Positions 13,271 to 28,539 of a DNA stretch of 64,000 nucleotides are shown one piece after another (within the stretch, counting starts at the first letter, position 1; each line of letters opens with the position of its first letter). The stretch covers positions 172,298,001 to 172,362,000 of the forward strand of contig OZ024741.1 in the NCBI GenBank assembly GCA_964016885.1, written 5' to 3'. The stretch comes from Eledone cirrhosa. Its lineage: Eukaryota. Position numbers and translations under genes: made by a program. The notes under the pieces were generated by a model. The model made no database searches. It was not told the origin of the DNA and saw only the letters and a program-made list of their open reading frames with translations.

Positions 13271-13334
<64 letters not shown>

Positions 13335-13530
13335 GTTATTCCGGGTTGAATCGGAGGTAACCACAGTAAGTAAGGTACTCAATACATACCAGAGTATAAC
13401 AGTTTTAATATAGATGAGATTCTACAGGACTAGAACTGTTTCATTCATTAGAAATCATCCGGAATCATGATTCCTGATGATTTCTAATGAATGAAACAGT
13501 TCTAGTCCTGTAGAATCTCATCTATATTAA

Positions 13531-13535
<5 letters not shown>
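13335..13535. mobile_element. Fold-back hammerhead element in (TA)n
   Basis: Near-perfect palindrome about 13401-13534 centred at 13467/13468; left tail TTCCGGGTTGAATCGG..AAGGTACTCAATACAT shared with 56421. Confidence 0.88.
13469..13517 (+). ncRNA. Type I hammerhead ribozyme motif
   Basis: GATTC-CTGATGA-tTTC TAAT GAAt-GAA-ACAG TTCTAGTC CTGT-A^GAATC. Confidence 0.82.
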
Positions 13536-13592
<57 letters not shown>

Positions 13593-13597
<5 letters not shown>

Positions 13598-13955
13598 AAT
13601 AAAATAACAAGGACGATTGTTTACTCCTTCATTACGTTTGTTGTTTGGTGACGCGCTTTTCGCCACTGATCAGCTCATGGTTCGATCCTTATCGATCTGA
13701 CCCGACTCTGTAACCCACGGCTCGTCAGACCCCTAGTAATCGGATCAGATCGATACAGATCGAACCTTGAGCTGATCAGTTGCGAAACGCGCGTCACAAA
13801 CCAATAAACCTAATGAAGGAGTAACCAATTGTCCTTGTTATTTTATTTCACTATAATACACCCTGTCTAGCTCTAGACCTCGACACCGAAGTGAACCTAA
13901 ACATCGAGTACTCACCCAGGTGAACCAACAGTAACTCCAAGTCATACTCCCTGGA
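13593..13955. repeat. Diverged fold-back element in (TA)n with hammerhead 3'-half-like motif
   Basis: Arms about 13593-13715 and 13738-13853; GAAAC-GCGC-GTC at 13784-13795; about 100-bp tail on the right. Confidence 0.75.
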
Positions 13956-13961
13956 TATATA

Positions 13962-15897
<1,936 letters not shown>

Positions 15898-16480
15898 ATA
15901 TATATATATATAATTGGTTATGCACGAGTGCATTAATGTTTTCCAGGACACAGTGTTATGTACCGTGTAGTGGAATGTCAGCTTACAACAGAGTGGTGCT
16001 CAACGCAATGCAGAAAAAAGGTGTATATTCCAGTTTAGCTATATTCCGGGGCGTGTATAAGGAATTAAAAAGAACAGAAAGATGCAGTAAAAGAGATTTA
16101 TTCGGTTCTTACGTACGTTTCAATAGACATCAATTCGCCTAGATCTCGCTACATCTATAATATTATATATTTAGTAGAGCATTCGATATCCAATGCACAA
16201 TCGATCCCATATCATCAGAGATTATGTCACTCTAGAAAATATACTTTATATATATAAACACTAGGTGGTAATAGTGGCGTAGGAAGAATACTTTTTCTAC
16301 ATCTGAGTATGTGTGTATGTGTTTCTATCGTGTATTTCTATCGTGTTAGTGGTCCAAGGTTCAGTGGGGGTGGAAGGACCGAAGGTATAAACAAGGAATA
16401 AGTGATTTGGGGTCCAGTTATAATTTGCGGTATGGGAGGAGAGAGATATAGGATTTGTCAAAGAAATTGTATGTCTACGC

Positions 16481-19400
16481 ATTGTATGTCTACGCCATTT
16501 TTATTCAGTCTTTCTATATATTTATTTATTTATTTGCTTGTTTGTTTATTTTATTTTATCTTCTTTGCGCATGCATTTTCGTGTGTGTGTAGTGTTTTGT
16601 TTGATGTGTGATGGGTGACTAGTGTGTGTTTATGTGCTTGGTGTTATTGTGCTTGTGTATGTATTTATTTATTTATTTATTTATTTATTTATCTACTTAT
16701 TTATACTTCTCTTAGGTCAGTGTTATTTGTTTGGGTGTTGTTGTTATTCCATTCATTCTTTCTGTTTAGTCTTGGTCTTCTAATTTCTATTTCACTGGCC
16801 TCTCTGATTTGCCTATCTGCTGGGTCATTTCTATGTTTAGATATTATTCTAATTTCTATGTTGTCTATGTTACCGTCATGTTGTTGTCTAGCATGTTCGT
16901 ATAGTACTGACCCGTTTTTTCGTCCTTTTAGTTCCCCCCAGTGTTGGTGTATCCTTTCACCTATGCTATGAGCTGTCTCACCTATGTATGCTGTTGTCAT
17001 GTTTCTGAAAGTACCCTCTGTACATCTTATTCTATAGATTACGTTTCTAGTTTTACAGTTTATCCGGGGGTTTACCTTACATATGATACATTTCCTATTG
17101 GTACAGTGGGTTTTCTTAAAAGGGTAGGTTTTGCTGATCAGGGATTTTATGGTGGTTCCTGGCTTTTCTACCACCTTCATTTTTAAGTGGGTCTTTCTCA
17201 GGGCCTTTCTACACTGGTTAGCTAATTTCCCTCCAGGGATAGCGTCCACAAACATGACACTCAGGTATCTCTGGTTGTCGTACCATGAGGTGGCTTTCCC
17301 TATCTTATGTCTAGCCCTATCTAAGCTATTCCATGATTTGCTCCTGTATAATGGGCAAATTCTTTTCATGTCCAGTTCCATGAGGGTCTTATACTTCTCC
17401 ATGGCTCCTTCGTATACTCTGACTCTGTCTCTTTGGTTGTAGCCAGAGAACTGCATGCGGTTGATGAAGTGTTGGGTGTGTCTTTCCATTTCTGTTGGGT
17501 CGCACATGCGGGACACATTCTTCATCACTCGTACCAAATCTGCGATCAGAATATTAAACTTAGCACTACTGGCCATTGCTGAGTTTTTGAGTATCAGGTA
17601 TTTGGAGGCCATGGGTTTAGCATAGTGTGAGTGGAGAATTTGGGCTCTCTCGTCTATAGTGTTAATCCAGAGTTCTGTGTCTAATACAGGTAGTCTGCTG
17701 TTAGGGTGTTTGGAAGGGAAGTCGATAGTTACAGTTATACTCTGGTGTATGGAATTAGCTATCTGCTGGATGCTTTCCATTGTGCTACGTTCTAAATCAA
17801 ACTTGTTAGTGCTCTCTAGTGGGGATGTTCTTATAACTATATTGATATCGTCTACATATCGAGAGTACATGATGAGGTCTATGGAGCTCTGATTAAGGAG
17901 ATCTTTAAGTCTCCTTTCCCACCATACCATGAAAAGGTTGGCAACATCACCAGCTATGCTGACACCAATGGCTGCTCCCTCATTTTGGGTGTAGATCTTC
18001 TCTTTGAACTTAAATATGTGGCCCTTTAGGGTAGTTTTGATACTAGCCCCTATTGCATGTGCGACCATTTTTCTTACCTGATCATTGTTTTGGGGGGTCC
18101 GTATAGCTTTGGTTCACCCAATCCACCTTCCCATGGGAGTCTTTTTTGCCATTGAGGTTATGGTGGCGGGTCTACCTCTTATGGGTCTACTAGGGCAGAA
18201 ACGTCTAAGGTCATGGCTGTCTAGGTAGTCAGTGTCGTAGGTAAGTCTAAGTAGGAGGCCCAGTTCGTCTGTGTCGACGTCACAGAACTCCACCTCACTC
18301 TCAATGATCATCTCCACACATCTTTTCACAGCAAAATCAATGTTAATGGATGGGTACAGTGACACCACATCCATGCTGCCTATTATGCAGTTGGATAGGT
18401 TCCTGTTTTTGTTGCACTCACTGATTCTGCTGAGGAGGTCCTCTGTACTGTCACATACATCTGGGGACATCTTGATTATGGGGCGTATAACCATTGAGAG
18501 GAAGTAGGAGATCCTGTAGTTACTAGCTATATTAGCTCCGCATACGGGTCTTGTTGGAGGTCCTGTTGTCGGGTCGTCGACTGTCTTGTGGTCTTTGCGG
18601 AGCCCATACAAAGGTGGTATGCCATTGTTAGACGCCTGGAAGTTGTTGGCAGTGCGTCTGCTTGGCTTTAGGATGTCAGTCCACATCCTCATGTGAGCGT
18701 TGAGGATTTTCTCTATCCCATCGTGTGTTTGTTGTGCAATTTCGCTCGTGTTGGTGATGTGGGGTTGCATAGCCCTGATGTAGTTCGGCATGCTATCTAT
18801 TGACATCCTACCAGACTTATCCGTGGGTAGACATACTACCTCACCATCCCTTGTGCGCTGCTTGAGGCTAACCAAGCCTTCTACAGGTTTCCTCCCAAGT
18901 TGTTGGGCCTCTGGTCTGCTCTGTCTCTTATTATACCTGTCTACTATTTGTCTAACCTTATTTCTAGCTATGGTAAACTCTGCCTCTGTCTCGTCATCTA
19001 TTTGTTGTGGTATGCACACTCTTTTATTAAAGGGTAACCTCATAGGATAGATATTACCCATCTTATATGTTTTGTCCGCTGGGTTGAAAAATAGTTTCTC
19101 TAAGGGGTTGTCATTATATCTATCGTCATAGTTGTGTGTGTTGCAATTATTGTTATCATGGTGGTTGTTGTTGTTCCTATCATTAGCATTATTATTATTG
19201 TTATGATTGCTAGATGTATTGTTGTTTACTTCACCGTTATTGTTGTTGTTACTGTTATTTCTACTATTGTGGTTGTTACTTTTATTATGTTTCTTGTTTT
19301 TGTTGTGTCTATCATTGATGTTGCTACATGTACTATTTCCATTATTACCACTGTGGTTATTGCTGTTGTTGTTCGTATTGTTACCGTTATTACTACTGTG

Positions 19401-20088
19401 GTCGCTGCTGCTGTGTCTGTGGTTAATGTTTCTATTATTATTATTATTATTGTGGTTGTTGTTGTTCTGTCTATCGTTAGTATTGTTACCATTATTACTG
19501 TTCTCACTTTCCTGCTATTGTTATTGTTATGGCTGTTATTTCTATTTCTCAGAGTTATTGTTTATATTACTACTACCGTTATTATTGTTGTTGTTGTTGT
19601 TGTTTACCTTTGCATTCCAACGTATTTTTGTGAAACACTTTTCCAGCTCCGTTTTGCACTCCATAGGGTGCACTCCATAGGTCTTTTTGTAGATGGCAAA
19701 TTTTGGTGGTAGCTGCAGGATTTGTTGTTCTTGTTCAATGATTAAAGTGTTCCCATAAATATTTACTGCAAATAAATAAATAAATATATAGACAGACTGA
19801 ATAAAAATGGCGTAGACATACAATGCAGCGGGAGGAAACGATAGCACCAGTGACGATGTTGCAGATGTGCAACGAAAGATTTATGATAAACTATATATAT
19901 GTGTTTATGTCTATATTGTATCTGTATTATTTTTGACCGTCGGTCAGTCAATGGCAACATTGAGGACCGAGTAAGTTAGATTACCGATATAAAAGACACA
20001 GAAGCGACAAGCGAAAACTAACCAAACAGTGAGTGTGTTCTGTTATTAATTCTGGCAATATTACACAAATATGACCCTCCCCAAGTAT

Positions 20089-20090
<2 letters not shown>
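16481..20090 (-). mobile_element. Penelope-like element (Naiad-like by motif recall) with inverted pLTR piece at its 5' end
   Basis: RT + GIY-YIG frame 16701-19760; 16481-16535 is inverted at about 19770-19823. Confidence 0.88.
16701..19760 (-). pseudogene. PLE polyprotein (RT + GIY-YIG endonuclease); one reading frame with in-frame stops
   Basis: LPPKF..ELEKCFTKIRW, TDKSG, LRKDHK, RPVCGA, SMDVVSLYPSI, QNEGAAIG, RYVDD, LPVLD, CTNRKCIIC, VIYRIRC..AYIGET; ORFs 19542-19847, 18114-19061 and 16701-18068 share a frame. Confidence 0.92.
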
Positions 20091-20143
<53 letters not shown>

Positions 20144-20183
20144 TATATGTTTATATACATGTACAAATATATACACACACACG

Positions 20184-20289
<106 letters not shown>

Positions 20290-20638
20290 TATGCTAAAAT
20301 ATGCTAACCACTACCTGTATCTCTTCTTTTGCCTCATCTTACTCATCTTATTTTCTCATTTTAGACATAATGGAATAAATTGGCGTAAAATTTATTATCA
20401 AGATACTATCAAGTAGAATGCTTCGAGCGAGAAATTTTTGCGGATCTGTAAAATATAATATGACTTGCAGTTCAAGGCAGGCCATTATTATGGCTTTAGG
20501 TTTTCATCACTCAAGCATTTAACAATTAAGTGCCGGAAGAGAAAATGTAGATGCTCAAACAAATTTACACACACATCTAGACACATGCACACAAACACAC
20601 ACGCACACACACACGCACACACGCACACATACAAACAA

Positions 20639-20671
<33 letters not shown>

Positions 20672-21432
20672 GATATATGTGTATATATATATACAGGCAC
20701 ACACATACACACACACATACGTATCTATCTTTCTATCTATCCCCCTCTCTCTATATATATATATGTATATATATATATTGTATTATATTTGAGGTCGTTT
20801 ACTTTTCCAATGTTTTAATTTTTTGACGAGAAGGCACTCGCCAGACAGTATTTCATGAAAGACATATTTTAAACGCTAACGTAATTACGTAAGACTTCAG
20901 TTCCAGAAAATGACATTTTGTAAACATTTATGGATCCTATTCTTTACTACGGTCACTAAATCAATTAGCTTCTATTCCGCTGAAATTGACGCTTCGGAGT
21001 TTCTACTTTTGTCATCATGTCATAATCAATTTCCATCAGTTTTATTATACATCATTTCAATTCATTGTTCAAAATGTAAGAACATTTAAAGAGTGTGTTA
21101 AAAATTTCTGATGATCAAGAAAATCTGCAGGTTTCATCGTCTCCTCCACCAGCAACTTACTATATCTACAGCTCAGAGTCCATCCACAACTGACACACCA
21201 TCACATGCTGTGATACATATTCTCAGGTATTTCAGTTTCTCTCATGCTCATTGAACAATTTTCGAGAGCAGCCTAAACTTTGACCTTCTGCGGGATTTCG
21301 AAAAACACAGCGTTTCCTCCGTCGAAGACTTTCCTTTCAAGCCACGAGTATGAACTCTGCTCATTACCCATTCCCCGCATTCACACCATTAATTCTTTCC
21401 AAACACATTTAACTGCTTCTAAAATTCCCGTA

Positions 21433-21634
21433 TGTCATCTCTTATTTCTGTCTTATTATATTACATTAAAAACTATAATCATGCCTAGTTAGCGGGAGTT
21501 TACAAAAAGTGAAAATGTGTAAACAAATAAATCAGGTAATAAAAAACATCTTAAACCACTTTTTGTAAACTCCCGCTAACTAGGCATGATTATAGTTTTT
21601 AATGTAATATAATAAGACAGAAATAAGAGATGAC
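21433..21634. repeat. Perfect about 79-bp inverted repeat with about 45-bp spacer (MITE/fold-back-like)
   Basis: TGTCATCTCTTATTTCTG..TTTACAAAAAGTG / CACTTTTTGTAAA..CAGAAATAAGAGATGACA; no obvious TSD. Confidence 0.85.
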
Positions 21635-21684
21635 ACCAAAATAACTATCAGGAGATGCCCCTTTCTTTTCTAAAGTCTCTAAAT

Positions 21685-23085
21685 CTACCAGCGGATGCTC
21701 AGAGTATTTCCATCCATTCGGATCATTCTCGCTACATTCACCCACCATTTAAACAGTGAGCTGAAGCACTTCTCTCTCTACCCTCACCTTCCTTTCCAGA
21801 TGGAAAGGTTGATGAGAGTTTCGCTAAAGAGGAAAGTATCTGTCTTCAGTCCTTTCAGTCACGTCCACCACACAATCTCTTTTGCTAAAATCATCAGAGA
21901 GAATACTGCCTGCCCCTCTCGACCAAAAGAAAGCGGTGGGGTCGTCTTCACAATGGAGTCGGCTGATAGGCGATAATAGCCATTCAACAAAATTCCACAA
22001 GTCAGAAATACTGGATGAATGCGGGCAGAACGGTTTCGTCATTCCGTGCTCATCTTCGACAGTTCTGTCTCACATCATTAACGTATCTGAAGAATGTGTC
22101 TCGAACTGACAGTACTCCACCCCAGTAGCACTGCCAAGTAACCCCAAGGATTTATGGAAATTGTCAATTTCTCGAACGATCTCCCGTATAGATTCGCCAG
22201 TTGAAATTAGTCGACGCCCAGCTTTTTTTTCGTGAACGTCGTCGTAGTTTTCTATGGAATGCTAACATGGAATTTAAACTGACCGCTTTGTCCGACTGGT
22301 AGAGGACAGTGTGTGTCTAACAACATTCAAGTTGCCAGACGCCAAGTTTCGGTCTTCGCTTGACACAACAATTGCATCTTGGTCAAAGAGACGAGCTGCG
22401 GAACGACGTCTTGCAAATGGTGTCCACATCTGTTGACCGTTTAGGAATATCTGGAGATCCCGGAGCCTCACCGCATGTTTGTGCATCATCAGCCCTGACA
22501 TGTCCAGTCCTCCGCGTAGAGGATGTTGGCAGCAGATGAACCGCTTCACCAGCGAAACATGTTCCTTACACAAGCAAGAAGTTGAAGAGCAGACGCTCAA
22601 ATTTGGTGAGGCGCGAACGGAGACAAGGTATCTCGGTCAAGCAGTAATAGAATATGGACGTGGTGTACGCGTTCACCATTTTTGCCCGACATTTCATGGA
22701 TAGGATTCTCTCGACTCATTTCTGGGTGAAAGTTACGACGCTACACGTTACTTCGTACCATTTCTTATCCACATGGAGGTCTGGATCACCTTCGCTATTG
22801 TTCACACCCAGGACCAATAACAAAACCTTTACGTACAGGAAGATCCTCCATACTTCTAGATCCAAGCCTTTCTTAAACAACACTTCCACCCCGCCTCCCA
22901 TTCCAGACCCACTAAAGTATGCATAGATCTTAAAGTCGTTAAGAATGGAGGCTAGAGCATGTGTCGGAAATCCTGGTCTAGATGACGACAGTAACATCGA
23001 TAGCAAGTGTAGTGATATGACATTTTTGAGCAAGCGGCTCCAGAACATACCCAGATCACCTACATTTATACCCTCCTCTTAGAAT
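21685..23085 (-). mobile_element. Old, internally deleted Tx1-like LINE remnant
   Basis: APE start (YFSGSGMGGGVEVLF) joined directly to post-RT region (PDLHVDKKWYEVT, ICCQHPLRGGL). Confidence 0.75.
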
Positions 23086-23338
23086 TTCCAGGTGCTGTTG
23101 AAGATAGAGTTTTTAGATTGCCATATTTCATCAGCACATAAACATAAGCAGAAATCTATAACATTCTAGCTTATTTTATTCTCAATGAACGCTAAACAGC
23201 GAGAAACGATTCATTGTCGATTACTTCACCTTGCTTTAGCTGAGGTTAAGTGTGTGACGTTTGTCAAAACCTTAAACATTCATAGCGAAAGGCCTTCAAA
23301 TGTTTTTCATAAAACATTCAGTAATTCAATATCCAATA

Positions 23339-23426
<88 letters not shown>

Positions 23427-23485
23427 GGAACGAGTAGGACCCTGACGGCCGATGGTCCACCTGGTTCCTTACCACATTTCCTTCG

Positions 23486-23487
<2 letters not shown>
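23427..23487. mobile_element. Internally deleted member of the 29029/49952 fold-back family
   Basis: GGAACGAGTAGGACCC.GACGGC fused to ATGGTCCACCTGGTTCCTTACCACATTTCC. Confidence 0.8.
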
Positions 23488-23561
<74 letters not shown>

Positions 23562-24093
23562 TGCAACTCGATTTCGAGTAATGCCATCGCTTGATATTTA
23601 AGCATGAGCATCACGGACATGGCCTCCTAGTCCTGTTAGGACTCGTCTATGGCCAGCAATACCATGCATCAGAAAACATGTCCCATATCAAGCCTGCACT
23701 TGAAGCTTTTTTAGATGAAGAAAGGATTTGCAAGGAGTCAGTCCCACTCTCTGAACATCGAATGCATTTGCCCGAAAAGAAGACATGGTCCACATCATTG
23801 GATCCAAAAAGTCTCAGGTGTTATATCATAGTGACCTTCTCCTAGAGAGATGTCTTAAATGAAGACTAGGAGTCTCTCGCTCCACAAAAGGAAATAATTT
23901 ATTGGATGGCCGTTGATTCCCTTAAGTTCCTCCATCCGTTGACAGGTTTAGTTTTATATCCGACAGAAGGTCCAAAATCAACCTCCTCACCAAGCAAACA
24001 AGCTTGGTGGGATTGCCGGTTTAGTCGTCAACAAGCCGAATATGCACAGGTTGTACTGGGTTACATGTTACCAGTAGAGCTGACGAGCGACCT

Positions 24094-24129
<36 letters not shown>

Positions 24130-24132
<3 letters not shown>

Positions 24133-25460
24133 ATAATAATAAAATTGAAGACTAAAATCCAAAGAGGGCTCGATAAGGAAAATATATATCAAATATATAA
24201 GAACCGTAGAGTAAATATTTATTAAAATAACAGATTAAAGTTTAAGCAAAGAATCGCTGCTTTCACCCTTAACGGGATCTTCTGAAACTAACAAAGTCAA
24301 TCTGTAAACGCAGAACTGGATATTTCAAAAAACGTTGCAACCGGAGGAAGACAGGAAGACGATACTTTGGTTCGTGGAAACGTTCGCTGGCAAAGAACGG
24401 GAAAAAACGAATAATACGTCATTAATAGGAGCGGTGAAAAACAATTACGCGCAAAGACAGAACCACGTTTATGGTATAAAAGAGGTCGTAGACTAATGTT
24501 CTCTTAGGTGGTGCATAGAGACGTTCTCTGGCAATGAACGAAAAAACGAAGATAATAAGTCATATGTGGAGCGTGGAGAACAATAGCACGCAAAGACAAA
24601 ACCACGTAAATGGTATAGCAGAAGTTGTAGACTAAAATTCTAACTAGGAGACCAAATGAATCTCCGCTACAGAGTTAAGAACAAAGTAAATAAATACAAT
24701 ACAGAAGTAATAGAAACAAATAAATACATACACGCAAACAGATACGTACATACACAAACACACGCAAAACCTTACCATGCTTGTGTACAAATAAATAAAT
24801 AATTATATAAACGTATATAAGTAAATAAATACGTATATAAATACGTATATAACAAGCGCACACACATACCTACAAATAAATACACGAATGTTCGGAGACG
24901 TAAGTCAACTAAAGCAAGAAGTACACATATACACACACCCACCATACGTACGAACCTGCATACTCACGCAGACGCAAAACTCCTGTATACACAAACCCTA
25001 AATACCAGAATATGTAAAAATTATACGCCATAACAGTCAAATATACGTACGAGAAGGTATACATACCTTCACAAAACATACGGGTAATATATACTTACCT
25101 ATGCAAATAAGTAAAGGAATAAACAAAACATATACTTAGCTCCCACATCAAGACGTAAAATATCCACGTATAGATCGTGCTATCCGTTAGGGTATTATGA
25201 CGTCACTTTCAGCTCATATCTGGAGTCTAAAAGACAACCACACCCAATATAAGTTACACTAGGAGATCCTAGCTAGGGCTAGATCGTATAACGGAAATAA
25301 AAGACCATGTGACCTCTGCGCCGCTGAGGCCCTGGAAATACTCTACGCCACAGACCACATCTTAAACAAAAAATCTGAGACAATATGGGATGTAAACATA
25401 AATTGCACAAAACTTTCCTGTATTACAGCCCCACGTTATATGCCGAGCAATGATGGCTCA
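24130..25460 (+). mobile_element. Penelope-like fragment: GIY-YIG C-terminus (about 25197-25420) preceded by probable inverted pLTR
   Basis: Manual translation TSLSAHIWSLKD..EILARARSYNGNKRPCDLCAAEALEIL parallels the end of ORF 52237-53457; 24165-24340 recurs in pieces at 33580-33842. Confidence 0.7.
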
Positions 25461-25504
25461 TATATACATATATACCGTTACATTCGTTTTTACTTTAATA
25501 CCTG

Positions 25505-25680
25505 ACATTTGGCAGGAGAGAGTCAGACACCATTCTTTATTGCATAGAGTTATTTACGTTCTGAGTTCAAATCCTGTCGAAGTAAGCTTTGCCTTTCAGC
25601 CATACGAGGCCGATAAAATAATGCATCAACTTTCGCCTCCTCCAAAATTAGTGGCCTCCTGCCTATAATAGAAATCATTG
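25505..25680 (+). mobile_element. Degenerate tRNA-derived SINE
   Basis: TTCTGAGTTCAAATCC..TTTGCCTTTCAGCCATACGAGGCCGATAAAATAA. Confidence 0.65.
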
Positions 25681-25961
25681 TTATTAGTTGAATGTGTTAA
25701 AACATTTCGCCCTACATCTAAAACGTTATAATACAATTCCACTTCACTTAATTTTATAAGACATGTTAGATTAAAATTGAAAACGACCTGTCTGAAGCAC
25801 TTCATAGATTTTCAAAGAACTCTGTAAGAGACAAGTGTTAAGTGATATGAATAAAACGATGCTCCAGACATATTGAAACAAGAGTTCATGGACTGAAGTT
25901 GACTATTAATCAAAACTGATTGAAATAGTATATTTTATATTTGTTACCAAAACACAATAAA

Positions 25962-26148
25962 ATAATTGTTTCTACTTTTGGAACAAGGGCAGCAATTAAC
26001 CAGTGCATTACTGGTACTTTATTTTATCGACCCCGTAAGGATGAAAGGCAAAGTTAACCACGGCAGGATTTGAACACAGAATGGCAAGGGCCGTAATTCT
26101 GTGCGTCAAAGCATAGCGTGCGACCCTCTACCGATACTGCCAAAGGAT
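25962..26148 (-). mobile_element. tRNA-derived SINE
   Basis: Reverse complement of the 10681/49585 family (CTGGTACTTTATTTTATCGACCCCGTAAGGATGAAAGGCAAAG). Confidence 0.88.
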
Positions 26149-26179
26149 TGTTAGTTCTAATCATGAAATGTATAGCCTT

Positions 26180-26261
26180 ACACACGCTGATGAACCGGGG
26201 TTATTTCATTTCTGTCAACAACTTACTGGCGAAACAGATCACTTTGGGTTTGTACGTGTGT
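26180..26261 (+). ncRNA. Type I hammerhead ribozyme motif with full stem III
   Basis: ACACACG-CTGATGA-aCCGG...CTGGc-GAA-ACAGATC ACTTTG GGTTTGT-A^CGTGTGT; followed by about 160 bp and then (TA)n. Confidence 0.8.
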
Positions 26262-26420
26262 TATATAGTTATAGAGGTATTTATTTACGCTTTAATTTAT
26301 ATTTTTAATTATCGTGTGTATACTCTGCTATTCATAGGTTATAGATTCCATACACTGGTGGTTTTTCCCTGTTTTATTGATGGCGCACTGTATCTCTCTC
26401 TAGTTTATTACCTTTTCAAC

Positions 26421-26477
<57 letters not shown>

Positions 26478-26482
<5 letters not shown>

Positions 26483-27652
26483 TCAGGGTGGTGGTTTGGA
26501 CGGAATAAGAGGAGAAAAGAAGAAAGAATCCTTCGTCAGCTGTAAAACCGCGATCCAGATGTTTCGGCGCTTATTTACAGGATATCTGAAGCGATCAGCC
26601 TTGCGCCCGAGGCCTTTTCTTAATCAAAAGGCCAGAAGGAAAAGAAGAGAAAAGGGAAGGAAAAAGAAGGAAAGGAGGTACAAGAACAAAGGGGGAAAGG
26701 TGGTGAGGAGAGAGGAAGAAAGAGAAAAAGGAAAATAGGAGAAAATCATGGGGAGACACATGACAAAGGAACATGCAAATGACTAACCATGAAAAAATAG
26801 GATAAGTAAGTTATAGCAAACCTGGTAGACATAAGCCTGGTAGGATGCGCTAACAAGAAGACGGTATTAGCGTGTCGACTCCATCGTAGAAGAGAGAGAT
26901 AGAGTGAGAGAGAGAGAGAGAGACGAGTAGCCGGAAGTGACAGGGAAAAGGGAAAGGGATATAATCCAAAGGGGTTTTACGACAGTGGTAAAAAGTGTCG
27001 TAAAAGATTGCGAACAGAGGAGTTTTTACGACACGTGTAAACATGTCAACAATCAAAACCGAACGGATAGATAGAGAGAGAGGAGGAGAAGGGAAGAGAG
27101 AAGGGGAGAGTCGATGCAAAAGTGTGGTAAAAACACAGATCGAACAAAACAGGTCGAGGCTGGGGTCACAGCGGTAAAAACAAAATAAGAAACGAAAGGA
27201 GCTGTGTGGTTACTAAAAACAAGGTTTAGGATGGTGGTTTGGACGGAACAAGGTTTGCTATAACTTACTTATCCCATTTTTTCACGGTTTCTCATTTGCA
27301 TGTTCCAATATCCAGTGTCTCCCAAGATGGGATCTGTTCACCTGTTCTGTTTTTTCTCTTTTTTTCCCCTTTTCTCTTTCTTCCTCTCTCCTCACCGCCT
27401 TTGCCCCTTTGTTCTTCTTCCACTTTTCCTTCTTTTTCCTTCCCTTTTCTCTCCTTTTTCTCTTCTTTTCCTCCTGGCCTTTTAATTAAGAAAAGGCCTC
27501 GGGATCGCTACAGATCTCCTGTAAATAAGCGCCGAAACATCTGGATCGCGAGTTTACAGCTGACGAAGGATTCTTTCTTCTTTTCTCCTCTTGTTCCGTC
27601 CAAACCACCATCCTAAACGTTGTTTTTAGTAACTACACAGCTCCTTCCGTTT

Positions 27653-27656
<4 letters not shown>
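26478..27656. mobile_element. pLTR-like insert with direct and inverted repeats in (TA)n
   Basis: 26484-26820 inverted at about 27256-27610; GGTGGTTTGGACGGAA repeated at 26490 and 27233; 27184-27240 inverted at 27600-27656. Confidence 0.75.
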
Positions 27657-27709
<53 letters not shown>

Positions 27710-28039
27710 AGTAAATATATATAGATATATGAGAAACGTATATACATATGAGTGTATGTGTGTCCATTTATGTTTAGTGGTTCACCACTGTATATAACTG
27801 GCCATTCTGTTTAGTTAACCATGATGTAATATTAGAAAAAAATACTCAACGTCACGCAACGAATCCATCGTTGATGTTGAATCCTGTGGCTGATGCAGGA
27901 TGGAGTTAGATATTACTTTGATAAAAGTAACAGGAAGCCGGACTGGTGATGTTCCTTTAAAGTTTTATTGTTGCAAAAACACTAGATATATATTTCAAAA
28001 TTAGTTAATTAATAAAGGAATTACGGTAAACACAATTTC

Positions 28040-28490
28040 CTGAGAGGGTCGTGGGAACAGAATCTTCAAACATTCCATCCATCGTGTCCTGTCAGAAGCA
28101 ACCATCTCCAATTGATCCGGCTGGATTCTCAAGCGAGCCAGAGCCAATCTCATTAATGTTATCCATCCATCTTGTTCGAAGTCTACCCCTTAGTTGCCTG
28201 CTGGCTCGTTTTGCTCGTAAAATCAGTCCATCGATTCTTTCCTGAGACAATCTAACCCAGAGGATCTCAAAGTGGGTGCTAGTCTAACCACATGCCCGTA
28301 ATATCGGAGCTGTGATCTCTCAATTCAGAGATGTACATTTAGCTTCTAGTGATATAACTATGATGAAGCGAATAAAGGCTGCCTCTAAAAACGGCTAGTC
28401 TTGGTGGGTCAGAGAAAGTACACGATTGGGGTCTGGCGCGAAGTAGAGCACCAAAACTGCATGCAATATAGTAATAGTTAACAAAAATAA
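28040..28490 (-). mobile_element. RTE-clade LINE 3' fragment, decayed
   Basis: Minus-strand RGRLRTRWMDNI C-terminal motif. Confidence 0.55.
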
Positions 28491-28539
28491 TCCTACTGCA
28501 TCGTCATTCGCATGGGTTAAAAAGGGACGCATTTTGGCC

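Noticed and set aside
19134-19712. Hydrophobic plus-strand ORFs resembling membrane proteins
   Set aside because: Antisense of the Asn-rich low-complexity PLE region
19845-19890. Hammerhead or SECIS at GTGACGA-TGTTGCA..TGCAAC-GAAA
   Set aside because: Uncompensated G3 core change, no stems I/III, and geometry unlike a SECIS
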